This document shows, piece after piece, positions 49,111 to 61,259 of a stretch of 64,000 bases of DNA (its first letter is position 1; the number at the start of each line of letters is the position of its first letter). Where the stretch lies: NCBI GenBank assembly GCA_905178155.1, contig CAJINV010000001.1, forward strand, positions 12,259,832 to 12,323,831. Reading direction: 5' to 3'. Both the position numbers and the translations under genes were made by a program. The notes beneath the pieces are model-generated. The model had not been told where the DNA came from and did not search any database. It saw only the letters and a list, made by a program, of their open reading frames with translations. The DNA comes from Amoebophrya sp. A120 (taxonomy: Eukaryota > Protista > Dinoflagellata).

Positions 49111-52100
49111 ATGACGATGCTTCGCAAATCGTCAGTTTGGGCCGCGTTATGGCTCCTCGGATGCTGCACTCGCAGCTGTAGTGCTTCTGGAGCACAGGGA
49201 TTTGCTGCTGTCGGGGGCGGTCCTTCTAGGAGAGATCCGCAAGATGTTGGCGTGGATTTCCTCACACGGCAGTTTCCGTGGCTCGCCATGACCGATACTT
49301 CTCCTGTTCGGCAACAAATCGGACTGGATACGCGGAACGCCAGGTCCTCCTCCTGTCCAACAACAGGCGAACGCAGTACACCGAGATTCGGGACACCTGC
49401 TGCAGATAAAAATCGTCGACGCTCGAGGTCGTTGACGCAGACAAGGACGCAGGACACCAGAACGGCGCCGGTAGTTTTGCCTGGTCAGACGCTACAAGGA
49501 GTTGTACCGCGCTCAGGCTCACGTGGTCGTGGGGGTCCGACCAGAAGTAGCACCAGTAGGTGCTCGTCCTCCCGGTCTCGCCTGCATTCGCGCTCGGCCA
49601 GCGCGCAGCGTCGGCCTGCTGAGCAGCAGTCACAACCAGCTTCCAGCTACGCTGCGCATCCTGATGGAGAACTGATGGGAATGGAACAGCCAGCGGCACC
49701 GTCTGATCAGGGACTGCCGGCATCAATGCTTGATCATGCACTGGGTGATCAGGCACTGCGTTTTTCCGCTGCACTGTATGCTCCCTCTGCACCGCCCCCT
49801 CCTGCCGACCCCGGCGCACTGGGACATGACGGTCTGGTCTCTGACCAGACTGTGGAGCCTTTGCCTGACGGACAGTCTGGGGAATCTGAGGAGTATCCCG
49901 TGCCCGAGGAATTGTCGGAATTCGCTGTTTTACCAGATGCAACTTATTGTAATTTGAATTTTCATGATGTCTGGGTAGGCTTCGCGTGAAGGAGGCGGAA
50001 GAAGTGCCGAGCCAGGCATCGATCAAGTCATCGCGTATGATTCTTGAAATATGTTGCACAAGATGAAATTTTCAACTCTTTCTCGTGCAGACTTCGAAAA
50101 CACTTGCATTTCTTTGACGGACCTACGAAAAGTTTGACAAGCCTCTGCCCTTCGCATTGCGCATGTCATGATACTAGCCAATCTCCCCTCTTCTCGACCA
50201 CGTAGCAAAGGCAACATATCTATCACATATCCTAGAGGGATTTGTAATTGAAGCAAGTTGATGCGGTTCTTGTGGTTGTCCTCAATTCAGTAAGTTTTCG
50301 TCACAGATCTATTCGCTTTCTACTTCGCTGTAGACCGCGAGACCCCCCAGACATGTTTGCACTGCATACCCGTACGTGATCGACAACAGTCCCAGCATGT
50401 GGAAGGACGACGACGACGTGCAGGCGAAGGAGGTCGACTACGTGCAGTTCCAGGAGGATCAAGAACAAGATCCAGAAAAATGGTACGAATCGGATGTCAT
50501 TGGTCTGCGGATTGATGTAACGAAACAGTGGAACGTACCCTTTGTGAAACCGTCCCCACGAGCACGACCCCAGACCTGTTTGGGCAAATCTGCAAGTAGC
50601 CTAAAGTGTTTCTGGTGCCTGCTCATCCCAATGACCAGCGGTTTCTCATGCTGTCTGAGAGCTTGCCATGCTAGAAGCAGAATGAGATGGCCGATTTGTA
50701 CTAGTGATGCAGCTTGATTAGCCCAACAGGCGAACACTGCGAGTCCAAACGTGTCACGCCCGATAGGAGGAGCCAGACCTTGTTGATTTGTGTACTACTA
50801 GCACAAAGATCCCCACCAGCTTGACTCTGGGGTGTTTTGTATACTGGAAAAGACCGAACTAAGGGACAGAGAAACATCTTAACACTGGGGTAGGGACGAT
50901 TTCGCAAAGGATAGAACGAGCTGCAGTCGAAGGTGGAGCAGATTGCCCGATTCAACATCCTGCGCCGCATGCCCGCTCTGTATCTCATGCTGAATCGGCG
51001 CAATGATTCTGATGAGCAGCCTCAAGGGGGAGCCTCGCAGAGCCCTTCGTTCGGTCAGTGGCAGGAAGACATAGATTTCGTCTTCATCCACGCGTCGGAC
51101 GAGCACGCCGCTGAAGACGGGCGCAAGCGGCTGCGCAAGATGCTGCGTGACCAGTACCAAAGCAACCACGGAGAGGGTACGCCGCTTAACGTCATGACGC
51201 GCGCAATCGCCACTTGGTTGACGGGTGTTAATGAGATGAAAGTCAACAACAAGTATCGCGAAGAGGGTGAACATCTGAGGCGCACCAACGCCGATCTCCC
51301 GTACGGCCGAGAAGAGTACTCCCTGGACTTCGACATCGACTTAAGCGACGGCGGACAAAAAAACAACAAACAGGTTTTCGAGTGGCTCGAGGAGCAGGGT
51401 CTTATGACTCCAGTCCAGGAAAAAGAAATTCGGCGCAGGCAGAATAATCGTGTCACTCCGGGACACATCCCAGTGCGGGACGCCCATGAAAGACTGCCAC
51501 GGCATTTGACTCAACTCCAGCAGGAAAAGAACGTTCCGAAAGCCTTGATCTTCGGCTCCCCGTTGTTGCAGAACCTACAAACTGACTTGTTCGGCAATCC
51601 GAATAACCGAGTGAAAACCTGTACGATTGTGTTTCTCACGGACGGCGAGCCAGAAGATGGCATCAAGTATCTGTACGACGCTGCGAATCAAAAAATCGGC
51701 ATGGGCAGCTTGGCGCACGTGGGACCGGCCGTTGATGGCGATGATCTCCTCAAGAAAGAACACTCCCTGGAGGAGTTCAAGGATAGTCTCGTAGCGACGA
51801 GCCTGCTGGGACACCGCAGTGGCTTAAAATTCTTCTTCACGGTGGTGCTTTGTACGGGAAAGGAAGACGTAGTGGAAAACTACAACGAACTTGACACGAA
51901 GGTGAAAAAATTAGGAGAAGGCGCTCAGTTCGCACTGGACGTGGTTGATGATTTTTTCTCTGAGTCTAAGGAAGTCCGTGCGAAGAATCCTTTCCTGGTG
52001 TACAGTCTCCACCTGCACATTGCCCGCATGGCCGGTTGGAATGCACCTCACAATGTCGGAGACAAGCTAGACGAAACACGGTTCAGTCTTCAAAACCCGC

Positions 52101-52489
52101 AAGAGGACGCGAAGTATATGAAGGCGCTTCTGCAAAGCGTGTTCGGAGAAGCCGAGATGAAGGCGGTGGGCACGCCGGGGACACAAAGATGGTACGAAAA
52201 GCTTCAGGAAGTCAGCAAAAAGGCTCGTCGCGTGTACAATATTTTGCCGTACCCAGAGGAACGGGACGCACTCATGAATTTCGCACTGCGATCAACATTG
52301 CACTTTCGCCAGGCCGTCGCCACCGGGGTTTCGTTGGTCCTGCCCACTCCGTCTGTGGATTCCTTTCTCGCTGCCCAACGCCAAAAGGTGGCCGAATTTT
52401 CCAGGGAGGGGGTTAGCGACTATGCGGCTAAGTTCCGCAAGGTGTACATGGACGAGAACAGGCACGTGGACAGCATGTATCGTAATTGA
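49111..52489 (+). CDS. VWA (MIDAS) domain protein, paralog B, with signal-peptide-like N-terminus; 3 exons
   Basis: MTMLRKSSVWAALWLLGCC leader; YVIDNSPSM, GEGTPL, IVFLTDGEP, VVLCTG..LDVVDDF..KNP. Colinear with paralog A (AKExDYVQ, EQIARxN.RRMPALY.MLN, AGWNAP.VGD.LDE). Confidence 0.8.
49945..50368. mobile_element. Degenerate C-like introner; 5' boundary uncertain (49945-49949)
   Basis: atgtctggg core at both ends, inverted; 3' end ...actgcata. The +5 rule fails from 49945 but works from the GT at 49949. Confidence 0.55.
50536..50913. mobile_element. Introner (TAC..ATA ends)
   Basis: taccctttgtgaaaccgtccc / gggacgatttcgcaaaggata. TSD gaacg x2. Removal gives QWN-ELQSK. Confidence 0.92.
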
Positions 52490-55400
52490 AAGCGCCCCCA
52501 ACCAACGATCCAACAAACTATCTGCGCACCTCGGCGTAGTACTGCGAACAGACTAGGTTTTATTCGTGTGCCCGCTACTTCTGTACGAGGCAGTCGGCTC
52601 GTCCTTTGCAAAAAGAAAACGCGACTCGGACGAGAGCGCTTTCTTTAATCGCGGTGCTACTTTCTGTCGTCGCAACACATTCTCGGGGTGGCGGTAGGAT
52701 CGTCATCGTGTGCTGTCATTTACAAAAGAGACGCAGACTCGTCTGGAACGTGGCCCGCGGGGTAATCTTTAGCTTGCATTGCCTCCGCGTCCGCAGTGGT
52801 TTCTCTTTGTTGCAAATTGTTCTTCTCCTTAGCCCGCTACCTTCAATGATGGAAGCGTTTATTTTTGCACTTTCATCTATATGCTTTGCCTATTATTGTT
52901 TATTTTTGCCTATGATGGAAGCGTTTATTTTTGCACATTCTATTATTGTTTTTCTATATGCCTCTGTCTCGTTCCGCGCCGTCAAGTACTTATAATACGG
53001 GACGAGAAATGTACTAGATAGCGATACATATTGTACTCGTCTATGACATCTGTGCGCTGTGACCGCTGCCCGGAAGGGTGCAGCTCACGTTTCTCGCATT
53101 AAGAAGTAGTAAGTCGTGGCTTCGTCATCGTCTAGGAATTCGAGCAAGAGCTTACCCCATACCGACCTGGCGCCACGGGAAGGCACTGGGATGACTTCAT
53201 GTGGGGGGGCTGGCGAACCACATGCATGGGCCTTGTTTTTTTCCCGTTTGGCCAGCGGGGCAAACCACAAAAATCGGTCACGGGTTGAGGGTGTGTTTAG
53301 GGATTTAGGGACCCTAGTGGGTTGACCGCAGCAAAGTGTGAATAACTTCGCGTTGATCACGGCGCTCGGTGGCGTTGGGGTGACTGCTTCTTTGCTTTGC
53401 GCGAAAGAAGTGGCCGGGCAAAAGCTTGGAGTGGGAATTTCCACTTCGACTTCGTTAGAGTCAGGGTTTCTGCAGCTCTTGGCTCTTACCCGGAGGCTTT
53501 CGATGGTTTGATCGGTGGACGGGATTCGCCTGAACAGTAAGGGTGGGCAGGTGGTAACCCTGGTGGACACCAAACGGCAACGGGTGCTCGTCCGCTACTA
53601 AAACGGGCGGCGTTCGGACATCTGTGACGCGGCTGGCGACTGACCCAGTGCAGACAATTAACCTTGAGGAAATTAACACATCTCTCTGACAGTTCCTGGC
53701 TCACCTGATAGCTTTCCTCCACTATCAAAGAAGCTTGCCTCACATTGTTTTTCTATATGCCTTGCGTTCGTCCAGACATGCCGGCATCTCGTTCATCCGG
53801 GAGCGTTTCGGCCGCCCGACCGGCACACCCCCGCCTGCCTCCATTTGGAATCTTTGCGAATGGCGGGAATGGGGGGTCCCCAGATGCTAAATCTGGATGA
53901 AATTTTCCTGACGGAAGGTATCCTGAGCCACGCCGCTCCTTCGAGGGTCGTGTTGCTAGGTTTTCGAAGTGCTGCTACGTCGAGTATCGGCTTCACAGGT
54001 AGGAACTCCTCGCTGCTTTCACGTCGGAGACCTTTTCAGTGCCCCTTGTTCTCCCGGTGTCTTCCCTCCAGGCCTGCCTCGGGCTGTCCGGGTTTCCCAC
54101 CTTAGCCGAGGGTCCGCACGAACCCAGCCTCCTTAAGCTTATCGGCCCCGCCCTTACGCAGAGTTTCGGCCCCTCCCCACCGCACAGCCTATCAGGACAT
54201 CCACCTCTTCACTTCCCCGGCCTGACCCGCAGTTACTGCCCCCTCCTGCGAAAGTAGATTCTCGCTGCCCCGTTACAAGCAGATACATAAGGCCCCTAGG
54301 ATTAGCATTGAGTTAGTAACTATGGCCTATCTACTGGTACTGCATCATCATGAACTACTTAATAAAGGTGGGGCATTTCCTTTTCGTTTTCTTCATCTTT
54401 GCGCAAAAAAATCTAAGCGACAGTAAGGATTTAGGTGTTTATGTGATGTAACGCGCACGCAGATGAAATTGCAATTTGAAATTGCAGGATAATCGTGTGA
54501 GGGGGCGCAGTCTTTGACCAGCTTGATAAATGCGAAGCTTCAGGGGCAGTCCAGTTCGAGAATTTGCGGCAGTGGTGTGAGGGCGGGATGAGAGAGCCAC
54601 TGAACTTCAATGCCCTGGACAGCATTGTATCAGCAGATTGCCGCGGTGCATCGACGGCCTCGCTGTTGAGGTGCGGCAGCCGCAACACGGGCGGTGCAAC
54701 TGCAAGACCGCCTCCCGGAGTGGCCCCAGAGGAAACAAGTCAGCGTGAATTCCCCCGGGCTTGGCGAGATGGGCGCACACCGATCCATGCAAAGATGCTG
54801 ACGTCAGAAGAGTTACAAATACTCTCCAGTAAGGAAAAGGATCGGAAGACGGAGCGGATGAAGGAAGAGGCAACCGCGAAAAGGCAAGCTACCTACCGTG
54901 TGCGCATGTTAGAGCAACCGCCTTACCCGTTCTGGTTCAAGGCGGAGCGACCGTTTCAGCTAAAACAAACATTGCCTGAGCCCGACGTCGAACAACCTTA
55001 GTAAGAAGCAACGAAGATGTTGCATCGGTTCCGTTGCAGCCGCATCTACTATGCACCGAGACCGACGCGCGACGATACGTCTGGACCGTCGGCAACGCCA
55101 CCGTTACCGTAGTGACACACTTGCAGATGAGGATATTGCAGGCAGTTCCACCTGGCGGGTGTGTGTCCCCGGACAAGATCGAAATAAATCTTTCAAACTC
55201 TGTGTCCACGAACGCAAAATGTTTATATGCACTATATTTATATCTTCGCCTTATTGTTCTCCTTCTCGTTCTCCCTTGAGCACGACCAGGATCGCGAGGC
55301 CGAAGCAATGGTATCTTATACAGCTAAACTTGTAGAATTTCCGATTTTTTGAAAACATCAAGAGCACTTGCCCACTCGAGAAGAGTCCGTGGGATGTAAG

Positions 55401-57102
55401 TACGTAAGTAGCTGCAGAAGGAGGACCTCAAAGAAACAACAATGAGCGCCGCATGCACCAGTTGCTGTACAACTACAACGAAGAAAACCTGCGCTCACGC
55501 AAGGTGCGATGCACGAAGAACAAGTGCCGCACTGAGCCTGAAGCGTTGTATGTATTCGTAGAAGTAGAAGTGCCGACTACTATATGTAAAGTTATTTTTC
55601 TATGTTGGATTCCCGTCCGAAACCGGACAGGACACGGATGGCCCGGAAAAGCAAAAAGTTTTATTGCATCGCTTTCGCCTTTCCAACCTACGTACGCCAC
55701 GCGAAAAAACAAACACCAAGACGAATGTAAGTTAGTACTAGTGGTAGACGGGTCACACCGAGATAAGCGTCAAAAGGATTTTAGCAACACGTGGAATTCT
55801 TTGGAACCTGATGTTTTCTTGCATCTCGTCCATTTTCTTCCTTTCTACCCGATGCAGGCAATTTTTTCGTTTTGAAGGATCATATATAACTGTTTCATCT
55901 ACTTGTATTTTGGGCGCAATACAGGCACAGCACCAGCCAGTGTGAAGTAGAAGTAGGCACGACTATTACCTTTGGGCGGAACATTGCAGAAAAGATGACG
56001 CTTTCTCTTTCATCAGTGTTGAATTTCAACAAAGAATTCATCATGCTGGGGAAGATGCATTATCCTTTGTTTTGAATTTGAAGCCAGTATCTTTACTGTT
56101 TACTCTTTCGAGGGGCAGAGAAGCAGCTCCGAGAAAAAGAGACCATCACTGGCGTTTCTCACGCTTTGAGGCCGCTTATGAAAGTTTGTGAACCGGACGA
56201 TGACTGTCGTGATCTTCCGTTCCAACTGCACGAGGCCAAAATGAAAATGTTACTGAAATCGAAAAGCATTATTTTGTGTGTATGATCTATATTTAACTTT
56301 AACTTTAAGCAAAAGCACCTGCAACACCGTGTAAGGACGAAACATGAGGCCTCAGGGGCCTACTAAGGGCGTCAGGAGTACCGCGTAAAGCTACAAGAAA
56401 ATGCCAGTGGAGTACAAACTAGCAAACGCTTGCGCACAGTTGCTGCGGAAGAATGCTCCGGGGGAATCATGAAGATTCCGAGTTGTTAATCTGGCAGTTG
56501 CTTAAACATTAGCAGTGAGTAGAAACCGCAGTAGCAAGATGATCGCATTCATTTGCATGAGATGAAGAGAAGGCGCTCTTAAGGTCCTTGTATTTGTATA
56601 TCCCGGTGATCATGTTACATGCTGACTCAGAGTCAGAGCATGAACCCTAGCATGTTTTTTCAACAACGTGTTTCGCTGTTTCCTTAAAGTCACCGGGGAG
56701 ATCCTACTTGTTCAAAAGAAAGCGCCCGCTTACCCGGAACACTTTTCAGATTTACCGTTTGCGTTTTCATGGCGAGGTCGTCTGTTCGAATTCATTTTCG
56801 TTTACGTTCACTTTTTTTCTAATTCGTGACCCGACCCCAGGCATGTCTTGTCTTCTGGTTTTGCTGCGTCATTAATGATATGTTTCCATCGTCAAAATGC
56901 CGCATCCTCGTATTACATCTATAAGTTTTTTGTGTCAAGTCAACAACATCATGCATCATGATCGGGGAATTAGTTGGCTTAACATTAACTTATCTCTTTT
57001 TGCCACGTATCAATGAATAAAGATATGCACTGGATGTAGAGAGAATCGCAATCGTATTAAGTATTCGATATTCACAATTACACAAAAAACCCCACGAGAT
57101 TC

Positions 57103-60100
57103 ATGTTGCCGATATTTTTACTGAATCTGGAGATTTTCCAGATTCTGTTCGCGGCGTTGCTTTTGTTGAATGTCGCTATCACATAGAATAAAAAAGAACT
57201 ACCCAACACATCATGCAATTGCGAAGATAAAAAACGCCTCGAAACAAATAGTACTTGTCATGCCGGGCCGCCCAACATAGCATTCCATTGACATTGTACT
57301 TCTTAAGTACGATACGCAATGCTAAACAGATTCGTGCGGAATAAAGTCGTTTTTTCTGTGTGATAGTGACACGGACCTACAGACCGCTCACCCAGTTCTA
57401 CGATTGGTTTGCATCCTAGGGGAGTGTCACGTGTGCAATCGTCAAAATCAAATAAAAAGATAGGAAATAGTAATTTGTCATGCTCCTGTAGCAAAAAACG
57501 GCCGCGGCCGCCAGTGGCGTTGGTTCTACTATGGACCTACGATGTCTAATCGGCGCATGACAGATTTTTTCAGACACTTGCGCCGAATTTGTCACGACGT
57601 CGGTGTTCGGGGTAAAGAAGTGCTTGCCCTGCTCCCGTCATGAAAGTCAGTGCCCCCTTTCGTGACGTTGATCGTGCCGGGACTTCTAAACTCGCTCGGT
57701 CTTCCTTACTTTCTCTGCATCAATCCTGCACGAATTTTCTTGCATCGCGTGGGCTATTGTGTTTTTGACGATTTCCCACCTGAGTTTATTTCCATACGTT
57801 CTCCGGGCTCGAGATCGCTAACCACCGGGGGTATGGGCAAACCGCGTGCAAGTTTTATTTGGTGTTTTCCAGCCCCTTTCTCTCCCCGGCTGCGCACCGA
57901 GCCGCCGGTGTGGCATGGATGCTCGGACTGCTTGCACTTGCCTGCTTGAACGCTTACGACCTCGCCTCTCCGAGTGCAGCTGGTGGCGCCCCGACGTTGA
58001 TGACCAACATCCCCGCCCACGAGCACTACGACGACGTTGCGGTGCCGCTTTTCGCCGCCGCACTATGGCTCTTGGTGATGCTTTGCTACCACCTCTACAT
58101 GTCACAGCTGTACTGCGAAGCGCATGTGGGCGCGCACGTCACGATGACGATTCCGCCCACGATAGTTCATTGCTTCTTCTACAACTGCAGCAAGGCGCAC
58201 TGTCTCGTCGCGTTCGCCGCAAAAAATTCTACTATCCCGCAGACGACGACGACGACCCCTGCAGATGATAGCATTTATTCCGTCGCGCTTTCCGAGATGA
58301 GAGCTGAAAATGTTGGTGAAGAAGATGTGCAAAATAACCGAAAAATCCTGACCTTGTCCGTGGTGTTCGCGTTTCTTATTAAGTCCAATCTATGGCGTTC
58401 TCAAACGCTACATTCTCAACTGTTACATGAATTTGTGATGCAAGAATGGCAAAACTGAAAGGGGGAAGATTGCGCCCTTTGCATGACAGATTTGGCACAG
58501 ATTCTCATCCTGTTTGTCCCTTCGGGAATTTGTCATGCGAAGCAGCTTGGTCGTGTCGATTCTGATTGGGATTTTGCATCACAAATCATGCAACAGTTGA
58601 GAATGTAACGTTTGAGAACGCCATACAATCTGCTGCTCGCTTACTGCTGCGCCGGGTTTTCGAAGTTGAAAACCAGCGTGAAGCGCGGACGCTCCTGGAT
58701 GGACGGAAGCACGTTGCAGGCTTGTATTTTTGAAGCGCTGTCCCTGTCGAAAAACGCAGCAATTCGGGCCAATATGCCGGTCGCGCCTGCTCGAGTGGAT
58801 GAACTACAAGAAAGAGAAATAAACTCAGAAGACGGAGCCACGACAAGAAATGAAACCTCAAGACGACTCAACACTCCAGGAAACACGACAACCTGCTGCA
58901 ATGTTCCGAACTACACTTTCGGGGTGCCCACTCCTTTTTCTGATCGTCTGCAGGATATGCCACAGAAAAAAGCTGGCAGGGCATAATATTTCTATTTGTA
59001 ATGCAAAAATAAATTTATTTTTGCATTTCCTGGTTGACCAGTTGGTATGGTCGACTATAGGTGCCACCCTCGTTTCTCACCTCCAGGGGCCCTGGGCACC
59101 TCACCATTGATGTTTCACTTGGTGGAAGATGACAGGGCTCTACGAGCTATTACGGGTGTCTATTGTCTATTTATTTTTGCATTACAAATATGACCTGCCA
59201 GTTTTTTTCTGTGTGATACAGGAATGGATTCTGGACAAAGTGCTCCTGTTGCGACTCGCATCCGTTATTTCAGTCTGGTTCGAATTCCTGGCACCACTCA
59301 TCTTGCTGCCGAACTTCTTCTTTTGGGTGATCGATGTCTCTACTTCGCCGCTACTTCTCCCTGAAGACGAACCATCGCAAAGTAGTCCTGCTCTGCCCCA
59401 TGAGGAAATGACAACAGAAGTGCCTGTTCTTCTGCTTCTCAATTACGGATTCTTCGTCTGTGGCTTGCTCTTTCATTACGGCATCGCTCTATTACAGAAT
59501 GTGGACTTCGTTTCTTGGTGGGCACCCGTGTACTTTATTTTGCTGACGGACCCCGCCCTACGGCTCTATTACGCTACAACGGAATTGGGAGCACCGTTTC
59601 CGCACATCTTTGACGCCATCGTCGCTGCACTTCAGATTTCTCCGGTAATGCTGTCTTGTGTAGTTTTTCATAAAATCGCGCTATTGGTTGAACGTTTTTG
59701 CTCATTTTGGCCTTGTCCTGCATTTAGATTCTCATCTCTGTCTCTCTTGCTTCCAATATTATAGCAATACAATACTCCATCGCAGCTATTGGAAGCCATT
59801 TGTTGCTGTCCACGACCGTCATATTACACCAAAAATCATGACAGGTGTTTACCTCACTGAGCCTCTTGTACTTTCTGACGCACGTGATTGCGGCGGCCTG
59901 CATCCAGAGTGGGTATTTGCACCCGGGGAACGAGTATCTTCCGTATTCGGGCTACGCCATGTTTTCGGAAATTAAGGATCTTTTTGACGGAGCGTACCGT
60001 AAAGCGTTTTGGCTTACTGAGAAGGAACATCTCACTATTGTAGGGAAAAATCCCCCCTCCCCATGCTGAAAGTGTATGCTTGTAAAAATTTGTGATCCTG

Positions 60101-61259
60101 ATTTGTGGCCACAGATCCTGTCTCTCGTGCAAGAGAGCAAATCCGATGAATCCACCGCCGACTTACGCAGGCGCTTTGTAATGCTGTTGCGCCTACATCA
60201 CATGGCAAGCCTCTGCTATGCTGAGCACCTACACCGAAACGCCCCTGCGCAGGCTTAGGCTTTGCCTGCAGTGCCTCGCTGCAAAACAGAGCGTCCACAA
60301 ATCCAGCAGCGGAGATCTCCGCTGCAATATGGAGAGGGGGGATTTTTCACTTTGATACTCACCGGCACCCTGAAGAATTACTGCTTCCCGCTGCTCGGGC
60401 GCCGGCCCATCGTGACCGAGGAAGAGGTTCTTCGTTTGTATAACCTGCTCAGCTGTTACAACCTCAAACGTTACAATAGAATATGGCAATCTGTGACGCA
60501 AGAGTGCATGACCTAGCCTACTCCCACAGGATTGCGCATGACAAGTTCTGGAGGCCCAATCCGCACTAGAATCTGGCGAAATTTGTATTGCAAAAGGTGG
60601 AACGCTGTGCGAGTCTGTCATGCCCATCATGCAACACAAATTCCAGATTCTATTGTAACGTTTGAGATTGTAACATCTGAGAGGGTTATAGTTTGCCTTT
60701 TCGGTACATGGTAGTTGCGCACAACGGGCTGAAACCACGAGAACAAGCACCACTCCCGCGAGAAATAGAAGCAGGGTCTCTTGCTCCTGCTCAAGAAATA
60801 AAACTCAACGACACGTCGAAACCACGGCCGAACGATCATTTTTCGCAAAATTATTACCTCTCAGGCGACACATCGGTATCGAAAAGTAACGGTCTGCGTT
60901 CTTTGCATAGCGGTTTTGGTGACGCCGCATCGGCCAGGTTTGACGACCGAGGGAGTTGTTTGAAGGAAAAGCTACTTCTGCGCACATCACCGACAGCACG
61001 AGAAGCGTTCTTAGAGCCCAGCACAGTGGATGACCTCGTGGCCGAACCTTTGCGCGTGGTCACCAACGTGGAACTCACGCCCGAAATGGAAGTGCTGCTC
61101 GCAAAAATCAATCTGCTCGGCTGCCTCGGCAAGGATAAGTTCCGAGACGCCAAGAACGTTCGCCAGCTGTTGCGGCTCTTCGAACAGTTGCGGCACCACT
61201 TTCTCCGCGCGGACCGAAAATCGCGTCTCGGCACAAAAGCGAGAAATAACCGAGTTTGA
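57103..61259 (+). CDS. Multi-pass membrane protein with HTTM-like domain; 8 exons (6 introners + GT-AG intron 59645-59844)
   Basis: Reassembled AYCCAGFSKLK..SWMDGSTLQ, SVWFEFLAPLILL and GLLFHYGIALLQNVDF fit the HTTM pattern (Y..G..K...W..G; E; FH...F). ATG at 57103 is open through all junctions to TGA 61259. Confidence 0.75.
57177..57365. mobile_element. Introner, family G-like, aged
   Basis: tatcacatagaataaaa / ttttttctgtgtgata. TSD gtcgc/gtgac. In frame. Confidence 0.8.
57417..57796. mobile_element. Introner, aged (TAG..ATA ends)
   Basis: tcacgtgtgcaatcgtcaaaa matched by inverted ttttgacgatttcccacctga. TSD catcc/cgttc. Removal gives YDWFAS-SGLEI. Confidence 0.75.
58391..58625. mobile_element. 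Introner, family E
   Basis: Same TIR and interior as 21490-21725. TSD caatc x2. Confidence 0.95.
58956..59218. mobile_element. Introner, family G-like
   Basis: tatgccacagaaaaaagctggcagg..atttgtaatgcaaaaataaat inverted at the 3' end. TSD cagga x2. Confidence 0.93.
60036..60357. mobile_element. Introner, family A
   Basis: gaaaaatcccccctcc / gaggggggatttttcactttgata. TSD ctcac x2. Confidence 0.93.
60439..60690. mobile_element. Introner, family D, opposite orientation to 18055-18306
   Basis: Family D TIRs; interior is the reverse complement of 18055-18306. TSD gtttg x2. Confidence 0.95.

Noticed and set aside
53040-55340. Possible retroelement or gene fragments
   Set aside because: No RT, integrase or gag motifs, and no LTR pair or TSD could be identified by eye.
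57530-57796. Alternative introner start at TAT 57530
   Set aside because: Also in frame, but the inverted-repeat match and TSD similarity point to 57417, which also removes the in-frame TAG.
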